The notes: a model not told the origin generated them from the sequence alone. A DNA stretch of 64,000 nt from Octopus vulgaris (GCA_951406725.2 OX597815.1:13888001-13952000), one strand, 5' to 3'. Positions 36,691 through 50,613 are shown, counted from the stretch's first letter. Program-made: numbers and translations.

Positions 36691-36832
36691 AAATACATAT
36701 ATATGGGTGAGTGCGTTTACTTGTGCACAAGTGTACGATGAGAATAATTTTAAATATATTCATTTTAGTAGAAGTAAATTTAGACATAAGCAACTTAGTC
36801 AAATCTATATATACAATATATTAAATATATGA

Positions 36833-36865
<33 letters not shown>

Positions 36866-37227
36866 CGTGTGTATCTGTATGTGTGTGTGTGTGTGTGTGT
36901 GCGAGTATACATATGTAAAAAGGTCCAACTTACATAAAGTACAAAAGATATAGAGAATTAGTGGACCAAAGAAAAAGTATTACTACCCCCAACATCTATT
37001 ACGGGGGGCTTGATTCAATCACAGGATGAGTCGAGCTCCCGCCTGAAGAGAAAATATCTTACTTTTGATATGGTAAATGAGAGAACTTCAAAGATACCTA
37101 ATTTTTTCTAACCTACATCTACTTCTGTAACCGCCCTGGTTTAAATCTCTTGAGTACTTCTAAGTGAGTTTTGTACGCAGAATATCTGAATTTTATCAAT
37201 GACCTATAATTAGTTTATGAACATATA

Positions 37228-37651
37228 GGCGCAGGAGTGGCTGTGTGGTAAGTAGCTTGCTTACCAACCACATGGTTTCGGGTTCAGTCCCACTGCGTGG
37301 CATCTTGGGCAAGTGTCTTCTACTATAGCCTCGGGCCAACCAAATCCTTGTGAGTGGATTTGGTTGACGGAAACTGAAAGAGGTCCGTCGTATATATGTA
37401 TGTATGTATATATATATATGTTTGTGTGTGTATGTTTGTGTGTATGTGTTTGTCCCCCTAGCATTGCTTGACAACCGATGCTGGTGTGTTTACGTCCCCG
37501 TCACTTAGCGGTTCGGCAAAAGAGACCGATAGAATAAGTACTGGGCTTACAAAAGAATAAGTCCCGGGGGCGATTTGCTCGACTAAAGGCGGTGCTCCAG
37601 CGTGGCCGCAGCCAAATGACTGAAACAAGTAAAAGAGTAAAAGAGTAAAAG
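37228..37651 (+). mobile_element. SINE family B, full length
   Basis: GGCGCAGGAGTGGCTGTGTGGTAAG...GACTGAAACAAGTAAAAGAGTAAAAGAGTAAAAG. Confidence 0.93.
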
Positions 37652-37929
37652 AATATTTGTACTTTTAAACGGTTATCGTATTCTTCTGGAAACATATTCT
37701 CAATAGAATGCAATTTCCGTAGGTCAGTAAGATTGTTCTATTCTTTACATATAACATCTTTTTTGACAATCAAACACTTGAGCATATGCAGAATGGTGGT
37801 TATTGTCTATCTCGAAATTTCAATCTTGAATTTACGAATGAGAAATTTTAGGCCACCTGTTTGTATGGAGTATCTATTCTCAAAATTGTATTAAATAACA
37901 AGTATTCAATTTCAACGGAAAATTACTTA

Positions 37930-37973
37930 CACATACATACATGCATGCTTACATGCATACATACATGCATTTA

Positions 37974-38012
<39 letters not shown>

Positions 38013-38096
38013 GCATACATATATAGTTTGAGAATATATATATATATATGTATATATATATACTTACTTACATACATATATATTTATATATATGCT

Positions 38097-38154
<58 letters not shown>

Positions 38155-38432
38155 GCTTACATATATATATATATATACAATCTTACATATATATATATAT
38201 ATATTACATACATATATATATTTACATACACATATATATATATATATACATTCTTACATACATATATATATATATACATTATACTTCTTACATACATATA
38301 TATATATATATATACATTCTTACATACATATATATATATATACATTCTTACATACATACATATATATATACATTCTTACATACATACATATATATATACA
38401 TTCTTACATACATACATATATATATACATTCT

Positions 38433-38470
<38 letters not shown>
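37930..38470. repeat. TA-derived minisatellite with CATTCTTACATACATATATA units
   Basis: CTTACATA recurs roughly every 24-30 bp within TA runs. Confidence 0.9.
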
Positions 38471-38471
<1 letters not shown>

Positions 38472-39148
38472 CTATATAAACGGCAGTTTGTCTGTGCGTG
38501 TTTCTGTGTGTCTGTTTGCTTGTACCTTCACCCTGACCACGGCTTTCAACCGATTCTGATGAAACTTGACACACACATAGCCCAATGTCATAATTCAAAA
38601 CTAAAGCAGCGAAAATTTTGAAAAGTTCCCCCAGTTCTGAAAAAAATCGATAAATTCGACATGGGGTCCAGAATCAGAAACACAAACTGTCTAGGGGACG
38701 CAACTCCACCTTTTTTAACTAAAAAAAAAAAATTACCATCATTTTTTTCCATTTTTTTGCTATTTTTTGGCTATCTCTCTCTATATAAACGGCAGTTTGT
38801 CTGTGCGTGTTTCTGTGTGTCTGTTTGCTTGTACCTTCACCCTGACCACGGCTTTCAACCGATTCTGATGAAACTTGACACACACATAGCCCAATGTCAT
38901 AATTCAAAACTAAAGCAGCGAAAATTTTGAAAAGTTCCCCCAGTTCTGAAAAAAATCGATAAATTCGACATGGGGTCCAGAATCAGAAACACAAACTGTC
39001 TAGGGGACGCAACTCCACCTATTTTAACTAAAAAAAAAATTACCATCATTTTTTTCCATTTTTTTGCTATTTTTTGGCTATAACTCTCTAAAAATGCTTT
39101 ATAGTTATTTCCCTTACAAACCTGAGCAACGCCGGGCGATACTGCTTG
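38471..39148 (+). mobile_element. Non-autonomous Helitron with a different 5' module, tandemly duplicated (period 309 bp)
   Basis: A|TCTATATAAACGGCAG start at 38471 and again at 38780. 3' end CCTGAGCAACGCCGGGCGATACTGCTTG|T is shared with the other copies. Confidence 0.85.
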
Positions 39149-39162
39149 TATATATATATATA

Positions 39163-40461
39163 CAGGGTGCGGTGGAGAATGAATTTTCGTCTAAATTACG
39201 CAAAAATGAAAATAGCTCTGACATCGCATTTTAACAGGTATATTAAACAAGATTACATAAAAATATATCTTGAAATACTAAAGAGTAGAATTTATTCAAT
39301 AAAATCACCACTGGCTTCAACCATTCAACCACTGCCTCCAGACGACTTCGGACTTTGCTGCTACTGTTCTGGACAGTTTCCTTGTTTAACTTAGTCTCAT
39401 AATCATTACCTTCAGTTCATCTTCGTTGTTACAAAGAGTTTTGTTGGTTTCTCGCTCATCTGCGCCCCACACATAATAATAAAGGGGGGGTGCAGTCTCG
39501 GAAGTTAGGTGGCCAAATATTAGTGGTGATGTGGTTGCAGAAATTATCTGACCGCCATGACTGTGTGCTTTCTGCTCGTGTGGGAAGGCATAGAATGCTA
39601 TTGCTAAAAATAGGGTCTTCAGCAGCTACCCTTTTGACTCAGGGCAGCACTACTTCCTCCAGACATTTGATGTAGGCATGCGTGTTGAGTCTGAGGCCGT
39701 GTGGGAAAATGAATGGAGGCATAACGTCGCCATCACTACAGATCACTCGAAACACCATGATGTTGACTGGATATTTGATTTTCATCACTCTCGGTACATA
39801 TTTTGGGAATACGGCAAGACAAAGGTTGTTCTGCAAGCTCACCATCCGATCGTGGCAGAAATTTCTCTCGTCTGAGAAAAACCAAATCATGTTCGGTTGG
39901 AGGGGATGCCTGAGTTTGTTCAAAAGCTTTCTTCCCGTCCTTGATGGCTTGGTATAAAAATTGGCCCTTTCTCATCTTGTATGCGGAATACTGCATGCCT
40001 TAATGCACTACCTACCTGATCAGAAACTGAGACACTCCAGTGATTCTGGCGATGGACCTGATTGACTTGGAGGAATCGTTGTCAATCACGGCCTGGATCT
40101 CACGAAAAATATTCAGGAGTTCTTTTCTTATCAGAACGATTAGAGTGAGTTTTTCGAGCTGCTGTACGTTCGTAATTACCATTAGACTCATCCAACTCTT
40201 TCTGAATCTTCTGCACTGCCCTCAGATTGATACCCAAACACTCTGAAATGTTCATACTGGAACTTCTGGCGCGAATGCCATGCAGTACAGCGTGTCGTTT
40301 CCAAATTTCTGGCCAAGTGAATTGCGTCATGGTGCTCTTCCTCTCATAGACGGTGCCCAACTGAGCCAACTACGCTGGGTAGTTGACAAAATCAAGAACA
40401 AGCCATGCACATGCGTGAAATTAAGAATATAAATTGCTGACAATTTACTCACCGGAAGCTG
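39163..40461 (-). mobile_element. Near full-length decayed Tc1/mariner-superfamily transposon (maT/DDxD-like)
   Basis: TA flanks and diverged TIRs (CAGGGTGCGGTGG / CAGCTTCCGGTGAG). Transposase fragments WFFSDERNF, IMVFRVICSDGDVMPPFIFPHGLRLN and IWPPN. Multiple frameshifts. Confidence 0.88.
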
Positions 40462-40498
40462 TATATATATATATATACATATATATATATGTATATAC

Positions 40499-40584
<86 letters not shown>

Positions 40585-41339
40585 TTGTATGTATGTATAT
40601 ACGCACAAACACACACACACATATATATGTGTTTGTGTTTGTCTGTCTGTCTCTGTGTGTATGTTTGCAAGCATATTTGCATATATTGGAGCGGTAGCTC
40701 GATAGTTGAATGATCTCCCTTGCAAGAGAGAATAATCACCACATAAATAGGTGACCAACCATCGTGACGTACTTGCAGGAATAACATATGCGACCAACTT
40801 CAGAACATTTTGCAGAAAAAAAAGAAAAAAAACATTCGTCCAGCTACCAAATTAACGCCGTTTTTCAATCAGTCGTTATACCACTATGTTAATAGACTTA
40901 AATATTTTTTAACATCAAAACTAAAAATATTTGTCAATAAATTCTGGTTCCCATGTTATAATATCATTATCTGGTATGTTGCAACACAATTCTCCGATCA
41001 GAAAACACCTTCTGAATCTTGTTACAGCTGCTTTTTTGTCTTTCAAAATATTGACTGCGAGAACGGTTTTGAGATGCGTTTATCAACACTCACTACTACT
41101 CCTGAGCTTTGATAACGTTGTTTACATCACCTTTTTGCTAGAAATGGCAGTCAAACGGACAAAAACGAAATCGAATAAATGCAATATCTCAACCAGTTTA
41201 TGTATGGAAGTTTCAAATTCCAGATTTTGTAATATTCCAACATCCTTCTTCGTCGGAAGTACGGTAACCAGCTCATTTCAACATCCTGCTTTGTTCAGTG
41301 TATGGCTTAGACCGTTTTCACCACTGCAAGCTCATCCTC

Positions 41340-41446
41340 TCATGAACTATATATTTACTACATAAAAATATATTTTATAGGCGCAGGAGTGGATGTGTGG
41401 TAAGTAGCTTGCTTACCAACCACATGGTTCCGGGTTCAGTCCCACT
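41340..41446 (+). other. Inverted copy of 43187-43293 (SINE head plus unique flank) between 15-bp direct repeats
   Basis: Near-exact reverse complement including the non-SINE flank. TTTCACCACTGCAAG at 41316-41330 and 41446-41460. Confidence 0.88.
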
Positions 41447-42794
41447 TTCACCACTGCAAGTTCGTTACAGCTTTTGTCATATTGTCCTTTTCTTCTTATA
41501 TGAAGTTGCGAAACTTAATTTTTCGGCGTATTAAACTTTTCCAGAAGAATTTCCATGTACTTTGACAATGCCTTGCACTACTGTTTTCACTTTCAGTATA
41601 CGTGCACAATACACATTTCATGAACGTTCCGTATTTTCGCATCGTTGGATTCACTTTTCGCATCGCTGGATTTCTAAAAACTTGCATGACTTGAACTAAC
41701 TGGAACACTTGCCAACAGAATGGAAATTTTCCTTAGCCTGCGCTTAGTTTGGCATTTCTGTTGCTTGCTTTTTCACGTATTTGTTCGCTTTCCTTTGCAT
41801 TTGCTTAGTTTTCTATATCACTTAATTTTTTAATTTTTCAGGACATATATTCCTGTATATATCATTACAGAATATTCTGTATATTTGTAAAATTCTCTCA
41901 ACGTGCTTGCATGCATTCATCCAGTTATACATATGCAGTATATACCATACTTTTGGGTTCCTTTCTCATGCTCACTGCGCCCTTGTAAGACACAACTTTA
42001 TTAGACCCCTGGATGGTCACGTTATAAATAGAAAGTTGCCTGTCTCTTGCAACGCGCTAGCATGTCAGTGTCGTTTCTTTCAACTTGTGTGCATACACAC
42101 TCTGCTTTAGTTACACTCTGACTGGCATTTTCTGGTCTCTGTGCACGTAAAATGACATTGCTATTCGGACACACTCGAATAAATCCTGTTCTCTATACAT
42201 TTCCTTGAATTCTGTTTTCCGCGACACACAATTTTCTCTACCTCTATATTGCATGCACACACACACACACACATACGTTACAGAAGATTGAACGTTTGAA
42301 TTTTCAATTTGGACCTGAAATTTTGCATTTATTCCATTTTGTTTTCATCACTTTTTGACATTTTATGCTGTATACCTGTTTCTTATTTTATTTATTATAT
42401 ACCATTTCCTCTGCCTAAGGGATGAGTAGCGGTAGCGAGATAGTTGAATGATCTCCCATTCAAGACAGATTATAGAGTAACATCTATTTCTAAAGCTTCT
42501 CGAAGAATCTGTGCCATGAGACGTGATTCTTAATTATTCAAGAAGCTTAGCGTTTCTCTTGGAAGTCTCTAGAATGTCTATCGTTCCATTAATAAAAACA
42601 GCTTGCTAACCCTGCTCTTCGCTTCTTAGTCGATTAGAGTTAGAGCCATTCACGTCTCTTTTCTACGCCACATGAGTGAAAACCACCACCTAGCTATTAT
42701 TTCTACATTTTCTATCTCTGAGCTTCCTTGCATACATTACTTCATTCAAGTAGATTCTACATTTTGATTATGTATCACCATCGACCAGCAAATA

Positions 42795-43004
42795 CTCTTT
42801 ACTCTCTTTTACTCTTTTACTTGTTTCAGTTATTTGACTGCAGCCATGCTGGAACACCACCTTTAGTCGAGCAAATCAACCCCGGGACTTATTCTTTTGT
42901 AAGCCCAGTACTTATTCTATCTGTCTCTTTTGCCGAACCGCTAGGCGACGGGGACGCAAACACACCACCATCGGTTGTCAAGCAATGCTTGGTGGACAAA
43001 CACA

Positions 43005-43088
<84 letters not shown>

Positions 43089-43254
43089 TACGACAGGCTT
43101 CTTTCAGTTTCCGTCTACCAAATCCACTCACAAGGCATTGGTCGGCCCGGGGCTATAGCAGAAGACACTTGCCCAAGATGCCACGCAGTGGGACTGAACC
43201 CGGAACCATGTGGTTGGTAAGCAAGCTACTTACCACACATCCACTCCTGCGCCT
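42795..43254 (-). mobile_element. SINE family B, full length
   Basis: Complete structure with internal (CA)n(TA)n. Confidence 0.93.
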
Positions 43255-43872
43255 ATAAAATATATTTTTATGTAGTAAATATATAGTTCTTGAATATATT
43301 CTTCATCTGTATATGAACTCTTGTAATAATATATACGCAAACACATCAACAACTGGTACTGACTATATATAACGACTACAATATGTAGCAACTTTTTCCA
43401 AAAGTTTGAGTCTGGGGAAACTCTTTCGGCAGATGATGGATATCAATTTTATCAGAACGTACAAGTATCTTCTGTTTGTGACATGCAATTCTGAAATAGA
43501 AAGAACTGTCAAATATGAAGTAAACGTATGAACTGTCTTGGATCTGTTTTCCTTTGAAATCTAGACACTGCGGTAGCTGTTCTACCTGAATTGATTACCT
43601 TCTTGGATAGTTTATTCAACGACGAAATGAGTGTCTCAAAGTTGATTCAACGTTTTAAGAGTGCCCCATACGGAAATGTATCTCCCTCATAATATAAATA
43701 ATCCGATTGCTGTCATCTATTGTACAAAGAAATAAACAAAATACCTCATGTCAATGATACTAGATAGATACTTTGGCAAAACACACACTTACACGCCCAT
43801 GTTCATAGTTATATCCCCATACACACACACGTACGCACACACACACATACATATGTATGTGACACAACAAAC

Positions 43873-43905
<33 letters not shown>

Positions 43906-43925
43906 TAAATAAATATATATATATA

Positions 43926-44310
43926 TTCTTTTTATTCTTTTACTTGTTTCAGTCATGCAACTATGGCCATGCTGGAGCACCACCTTTAGTCGAGCAAATC
44001 GACCCCGGGACTTATTCTTTGTAAGACCAGTACTTATTCTATCGGTCTCTTTTGCCGAACCGCTAAGTGACGGGGACGTAAACACACCAGCATCGGTTGT
44101 CAAGCAATGCAAGGGGGACAAACACGCACACACACATATATACACATATACATATATACGACAGGCTTCTTTCAGTCTCCGTCTACGAAATCCACTCACA
44201 AGGCATTGGTCGGCCCGGGGCTATAGCAGAAGACACTTGCCCAAGATGCCACGCAGTGGGACTGAACCCGGAACCATGTGGTTGGTAAGCAAGCTACTTA
44301 CCACACAGGC
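43926..44310 (-). mobile_element. SINE family B, nearly full length
   Basis: Tail through head, missing a few 5' bases. Confidence 0.92.
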
Positions 44311-44312
44311 AC

Positions 44313-44349
<37 letters not shown>

Positions 44350-44465
44350 GCAGGCTTCCCCACTGTTGATATCTAACAAAACCCGCTCATAAATCTTTGG
44401 TCACCCCTGGGCTATAGCAGAAAAAATTAACCAAGATAACCAGCTTAAACACACACACACACACC

Positions 44466-44780
44466 ACAAGGTGTGGTGAATAAACTGTCGTATAAATTAT
44501 TCAAAAATGAAAACAGCACTGACATATCATTCTAGCAGGTACATTAGGAAAAATTACATAAAAATATCTTGAAACACAAAAAGAGGAAATTCATTCAATA
44601 AAATAGCCATTAGCTTCAAGCACGGCCTCCAGACGACTTCCGAATCTCTTGCAGCTCTTCTGGGCGAATTCCCGGATTAAGTTGGTGAATGCTGCCATGA
44701 TCGTTGCCTTCACCTCATCTTTACTGTTAGATGGAGTTTGTTGGTCTCTCCCTCAACTGCGCCCCACACATAATAAGCCG
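44466..44780 (-). mobile_element. 3'-terminal fragment of the maT/mariner-like family
   Basis: Matches 39163-39480 (AAAATGAAAA.AGC.CTGACA, TTCAATAAAAT, GCCTCCAGACGACTTC, TGCGCCCCACACATAATAA). Confidence 0.82.
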
Positions 44781-44882
44781 TTGGAAAACCGATTAGAGCA
44801 GCGACTCCATCTAAGAATATCTCAAGAAGGAATTTTATTCCGAAATATCACCTATGGATGACTAAATTACAACAGGTATATA

Positions 44883-45301
44883 GGCGGCAAGCTGGCAGAA
44901 ACGTTAGCACGCCGGGCAAAATGCTTAACGGTATTTCGTCTGCGTTACGTTGTGAGTTCGAATTCCGCTGATGTCGACTTTGCCTTTCATCCTTTCGGGG
45001 TCGATAAATTAAGTACCAGTTACGCACTGGGGTCGATGTAATCGACTTAATACCTATGTCTGTCCTTGTTTGTCCCCTCTGTGTTTAGCCCCTTGTGGGT
45101 AGTAAAGAAATAGAAATAGGTATTTCGTCTGCGTTACGTTGTGAGTTCAAATTCTGCTGAGGTCGACTTTGCCTTTCATCCTTTCGGGGTCGATAGATTA
45201 AGTACCAGTTACGCTCTGGGGTCGATATAATCGACTTAATACCTATGTCCGTCCTTGTTTGTCCCCTCTTTGTTTAGCCCCTTGTGGGTAATAAAGAAAT
45301 A
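44883..45301 (+). mobile_element. Two head-to-tail SINE family A units
   Basis: The first unit ends AAAGAAATAGAAATA and the second starts at the internal GGTATTTCGTCTG. Outer flanks AGGTATATAG and AGGTACATAG. Confidence 0.92.
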
Positions 45302-45304
45302 GGT

Positions 45305-45560
45305 ACATAGCCCAATGCTTATATTATAGTGCATTTTTGTACCATTCAAAACATTTTGTACTTTACAAACAATAGAAAATGCTTCAAGCGAACTACAATG
45401 CTTTCCTATCTTTAGGGATAACTCCATTGCACCTATGGTTACTGGGATGCATTTTACTTGCACCCTCCATAGGTTCTGTAAATTCAATACGTAAGTCTTG
45501 GAACTTTATCCAGAAACTGGAGTCCGTGTGTATCATGTCAGATTGAAGATGGGAAGGATG
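45305..45560 (-). mobile_element. R4/Dong-type endonuclease remnant
   Basis: KFQDLRIE, then NLWRVQVKCIPVTIGA after a frameshift. Confidence 0.65.
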
Positions 45561-48500
45561 ACTTACCTTTGCAAATACTGATAGGGCACAGAAAGTGTGT
45601 GTCAATAGCCAGCTGGAGGAGGTGTCCTCCAGGGGCTACAAGCTACTGTAGCATTCAACCTTAATGGTTAGCCATATTTAAGTAGCAAATATACTTAACG
45701 ATAATTATTATTATTATTGTTATTGTTATTATTACCATTATTTTTATTTTTTAGCACGTCATTCAAAATGCACAGTGGGATTCCTTTTGGCTTTTCACGT
45801 GCTGAGCTCAGATGCCGTCCAGTTAATCTTTGATTTTTATCTAGGCTCGACAGCGAAGTAGAGAGCTCCATATAATCGACTTGCCATAACACACAGTATT
45901 ATCGTCCTAGTATCAAATTCAACATCATCATCATCTTCATCATCATCATCATCATCACCACCATCACCACCATCATCACCATCATCATCACCACCTTAGT
46001 TCAGTATATTTTTCGCGTTAGATTGTTTCATTATCGAACATACATTTCGCCCGAGATATATTAATGTCAAGTACATTTTATTCTTTATAACAATATCAAT
46101 TCATATCACTTCTGTTATGTATAATAACTTTTGTTTCACTTATCAATATTCCTTTGACAATACACAATTTATGACTTTCCTGTATTTATCTTTTTGGTGA
46201 GTTATCGTCTAAACAGTCCGGTTTGTTACATGATCGCATTCATATTATTGGGATTTATTAATTCAAATGAAAAAAAAAGATTATAAATGTACATTCATCA
46301 TAAGTAAAATATGTCCATTTAATTTATCTTTGAAAATGATTATGAAAAAGAATTGTACAGACGTGGTGAAACGATGGGTGGTAATAAACATACGAAACCC
46401 AAAGAAAAGTAAGCAGCCTTATTTAGTTTGTAAATTATTTATGTTAAGTAATATTTCTAATTTTAATTTGGTTGATTACCAGAATACTTACAATGCCTAA
46501 AAAAAATATAATAACTTGTTCTTTTAAATCGTGAGTTCAAATTATGCTTTGTTCAACATCATCCTGTGTCGTAAAAATGTAAATTGTTTTCAAGTGCCGA
46601 GGTTACTTTATTGTATTACAGTTTCTAGATAAAATATATTTTTGTTTCAATGTTATATAAAAATCATTAGTTTCATTTTACAATGAATATTCCCTAATTT
46701 ATAAATCTTCACATGTCGTCTAACATTTTCTACAAAATGCATTGTTAAGAACAACCGCCTGGGATATTGCAATTAAGAACCGAAATACGGCCCAGTGTGA
46801 GATTCGTTACTTGATCACTCGACCTGCACCAAATTGCGAGAGATATAAAAATGGGGCATAAATTTCACCTGAACAACTAATTATTACATCCGAAAACTTA
46901 ACGTATGAACAACAGCACAATACTACACGGATTTAGAGGCAGACACTGTGACCTATGTTGCTTCTATCCAGAGTAATGCCTTTATTGCTTATGATTCGCC
47001 GTATCTTTAAAATAACTCATAATATTGAAAACATTCAGATGATATACGTATACACTTATTCAGATGATAAAAGTGCACAGTATGTATTTGTCAAGGGGTC
47101 ACAACAAGATGATATTTGTATACACTTATTCAGATGATAAGTGTATAGAGCATTCGTCAAGGTGACTGGACAAGACCAATAGCCCCCAAATCAGATGTAT
47201 TCTAGCATGTTCTCCATGCCTTGCTGAGAACGATCATGAGGGTTCAAAGCTAGAATACTGGACTGATCTGAGTTAGCTACAAGATGCAAGCTTTTTGCAG
47301 TAAATGTGAATTGTCTGGACACTCAGTTCGATACTGTAAAATAAAATATAACTTGTACTGCCGTGTTATCTGATGACAACTTATTTCATTCAATGATGTT
47401 ATAATGTGTTAAAGCAAGTTAACTTTATGGTAAATTGTATTTGTTCTTAGTTCTAATCTACATAAAACCCATCTGGGTATATTGGGTCCAAACCTCGAAA
47501 AGGATATTTAGGTCCTCAGATTTATGGAGATTTTTGGCCAAGACCAAATGAGTTGACGCGTTTTCATAATTACTTGATCAATATGTTCTTAATGAGCTTT
47601 CAACCATCTCCCAATGGTCCTTTTAACGTAAGATATGACACATTTTGTGATTTGGGTCTAAAATCTGCAAATATGCAAAGAAAAAAAAACTATTGCAAAC
47701 TAATTGCAAGTACGCATCCACGTTTCCCCTCTACGTTACATTCTTCTTTTTCACTGAAACGAAGCCTGTTTTGGTGCTTTAGCCTAAAATGCTAAAGTAT
47801 GGAAATTCGATCTTAGGCCGCCAGATTTTCTAGAAATTTAATGAATTTTTTATCAGTATGCTTCCAAAAGGTCTTCATTCATTCGAAGTCTGATTTTAAC
47901 TCAAATTAGGAACAAGTCTTCGCTTTTCGGACCAAAGGGGCCAAATATGAAAATTGGGTTCCCAACCCCCAGGCTTTTGAAAATTGTTTGAGTTTCATAA
48001 ATTTCCAAAAATTCCATATGAATACGATTCCAAGGAGCCCTCAACCACTAGCAGATGAGAATGCCCTTCCAATTTAGGACCAAATGTCCAAGAAATCACC
48101 CTCTTGCTCAACTTTAAATCCGTGCTGAGGTACATTGCAGGATATTTCGTTGCAGTATCGAGTAACCAGATGCAGCAACGAGCAGTAGTTAAATGTCTGA
48201 ATCAGCAACAATATTTTGTATAGAGGTGTGTTACTTATGTGTTCGAAGTTACGGGAGTTAAATGTTTATAATTTAATAGTTTCTACGACTGAAATAGGAA
48301 GAGTGCAAAAGTGTAGGCAGAACAATTCGCTGTATAGAAACACGGCACTTATAACAATGCTTACAAAGGAATCATCAACTGTAACAATACGATATTTAAC
48401 CTATTTCCTCTTTACAAAATTATGGAAGTAGAGCTGTTTACAATGGCTTATGTAGGCATTGTTTTCGTATATGTTGCATAACAATTTATATAACGAAAAA

Positions 48501-49379
48501 AATATAAAGTAAGCCATATTTATGGTATTTTTCCTAATGCAGAAATGTAAAGTCACGAATAAGCCCTTTTCCCGGAACTTACAAAAATCATAGAAATCTA
48601 TTGACATGTATATCGTTGCAATAAAAATAAACGGATTCTATATTTACATTGAAAAAAGGCTACATAAACAATTGCTATAAATTATGCCGAGATTAACAGA
48701 ATATTTGCTACTGGGACAATACCGATTATCTCTGTTCAATTGTTTGCGTTTCTGCTTGTTCGTGAGTGTATGTGCGCATGTGCCCGTGTTGCATAGTTTG
48801 TGTGTGTGTGTGTGTGTATGTGTACATGTTTGTGTGTGCGTGTATTTCTTTTCATATACGTTCATAAATAAATACGCAAGTATAATACATCTATAATGAA
48901 ATTTATATATGATAAAATTTTGAATTATCATTATGTCTTTAACTGTCATAAAACATTACAAATAATACGTTGGAAAAATTTACTCAGCCATCAAATGGAA
49001 TTATATCACTTTGTGCGTTTTAACGAGACAAGCCTCATTATCTTATGGTTTAGCTTGTCATTATGCTACTTAGCCCGTCGGTAAGGCTTTCACGTGATTA
49101 GAGAAAAAGAAGGAGAATGGAAAGAGGGACAGAGAAACGTGGAAGAGAGAAAAAGAGAAATAGAGAAGAAAAGAGGGAGAGAGAAGCGCCCATGACGTGA
49201 AGTAGGAGGAATGTAATGCTTATTATATGGTTAAAAAAGTTAGTTGACGGTAGAAATGATGTAAAGGGGAAGAGTAAAAATATAATTATAGCAGAGGAGT
49301 GATGTTCTGATGGTAAGGTTAAACAATGACGGAGAACGGAGAAAGAGAGAAAGTATGGAGAGAGAGGTGGCGAAAGAGA

Positions 49380-49515
49380 TGATGGTGATGGTGGACATGG
49401 TGGGGTTGGTGATGTTGGTGGTGGTGGTGGACATTGTGGTGGACATGGTGGGGGTGGTGAGGGTGGAAATGGTGAGGGTGGTGATGGTGGTGAAGGTGGC
49501 AGTGGTGATTGAATG
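49380..49515. repeat. Degenerate (GGT)n microsatellite
   Basis: Direct inspection. Confidence 0.85.
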
Positions 49516-50076
49516 GTGACTAGTATATTTTTTAAAAAATTGAACTAACTTTTTTGTATCACCTATGAAATACTGCATGCGCATAAGTGCAATTCCCTGA
49601 AATATTCACGCTTATTTACATGTCAGATACATGCAATTTGTTTGTTCATGGGGGGAAATGGGAACATAAGGGTGAATACTTATTTTATGAGTGATCTGTA
49701 TTCAGTCTATAAAAGTATATAAAGTACATTAAGTATCATAGTATTCCCATTTTTTCACTTTTCAATCAGTAGCAGATGAGCAACGATCATTCCATACAAC
49801 ACAACACAGGCTACGTTTTCAGGATTTTTGGATAAGGTTTTCAGAAATAACCCAATAGGTTTACCATTAACTCCGTAAAATATTCACGGATCCCGCTAGT
49901 CTCTAATATTTGAATGGGACTTGCCCGAGTCATCGGAAATCTCCAGTCATACACTAATATTGAACACTTTCCCTTTTACAAACTAACCAAAAATATATGC
50001 ATTAAAGCAGATGGCCAACATTCTTTATACACAGTGATTAACTTTATTTCAAGTATTCTCTCTGTGTCAATATAAT

Positions 50077-50290
50077 AGTTTCAAATCTTGGCAAAGGGCC
50101 AAGGGTTTTTGAGGGGGGGGTGAAGTTAATTACATTGACTCCAGTGCTCAACTGGTATTTATCTGATCGACCCCAAAATGATGGAAGACAAAGTCGATCA
50201 ATGCGGAATTTGAACTCAGAACCTAAAGACGGACGAAATGCCGCTGATCATTGTGTCCGGTATGCTAAAGATTATGCTACCTCACCGCAT
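50077..50290 (-). mobile_element. SINE family A, diverged copy
   Basis: CAGTGCTCAACTGGTAT...GGAATTTGAACTCAGAAC..GACGAAATGCCGCT. Confidence 0.78.
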
Positions 50291-50387
50291 TATCCGGGTT
50301 AATATAAAGGGACATTTTTACCTGACCAATCGTCTTGCAATATATAAACGACAAACACTTCAAATTATTCCCTGCTCCTAAAATCTT

Positions 50388-50613
50388 ATCTTTACTACCC
50401 ACAAGGGGCTAAACACAGAGAGGACAAACAAGGACAGACAAACGGATTAAGTCGATTATATCGACCCCAATGCGTAACTGGTACTTATTTAATCGACCCC
50501 GAAAGGATGAAAGGTAAAGTCAACCGCGGTGGATTTGAACTCAGAACGTAACGGCAGACGAAATACGGCTAAGCATTTCGCCCGGCGTGCTAACGATTCT
50601 GCCAGCTCGCCAC
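50388..50613 (-). mobile_element. SINE family A, full length with about 17-bp TSD
   Basis: TTCCCTGCTCCTAAAAT and TTCCCTACTCCTAAAAT flank the element. Confidence 0.92.

Noticed and set aside
38240-38450. CRISPR-like regularly spaced repeats
   Set aside because: The spacers are TA runs rather than unique sequence, the context is eukaryotic, and no cas genes are present.
42728-44392. Recurring ORFs ending ...RGYSRRHLPKMPRSGTEPGTMWLVSKLLT
   Set aside because: Antisense translations of SINE family B, not a gene family.
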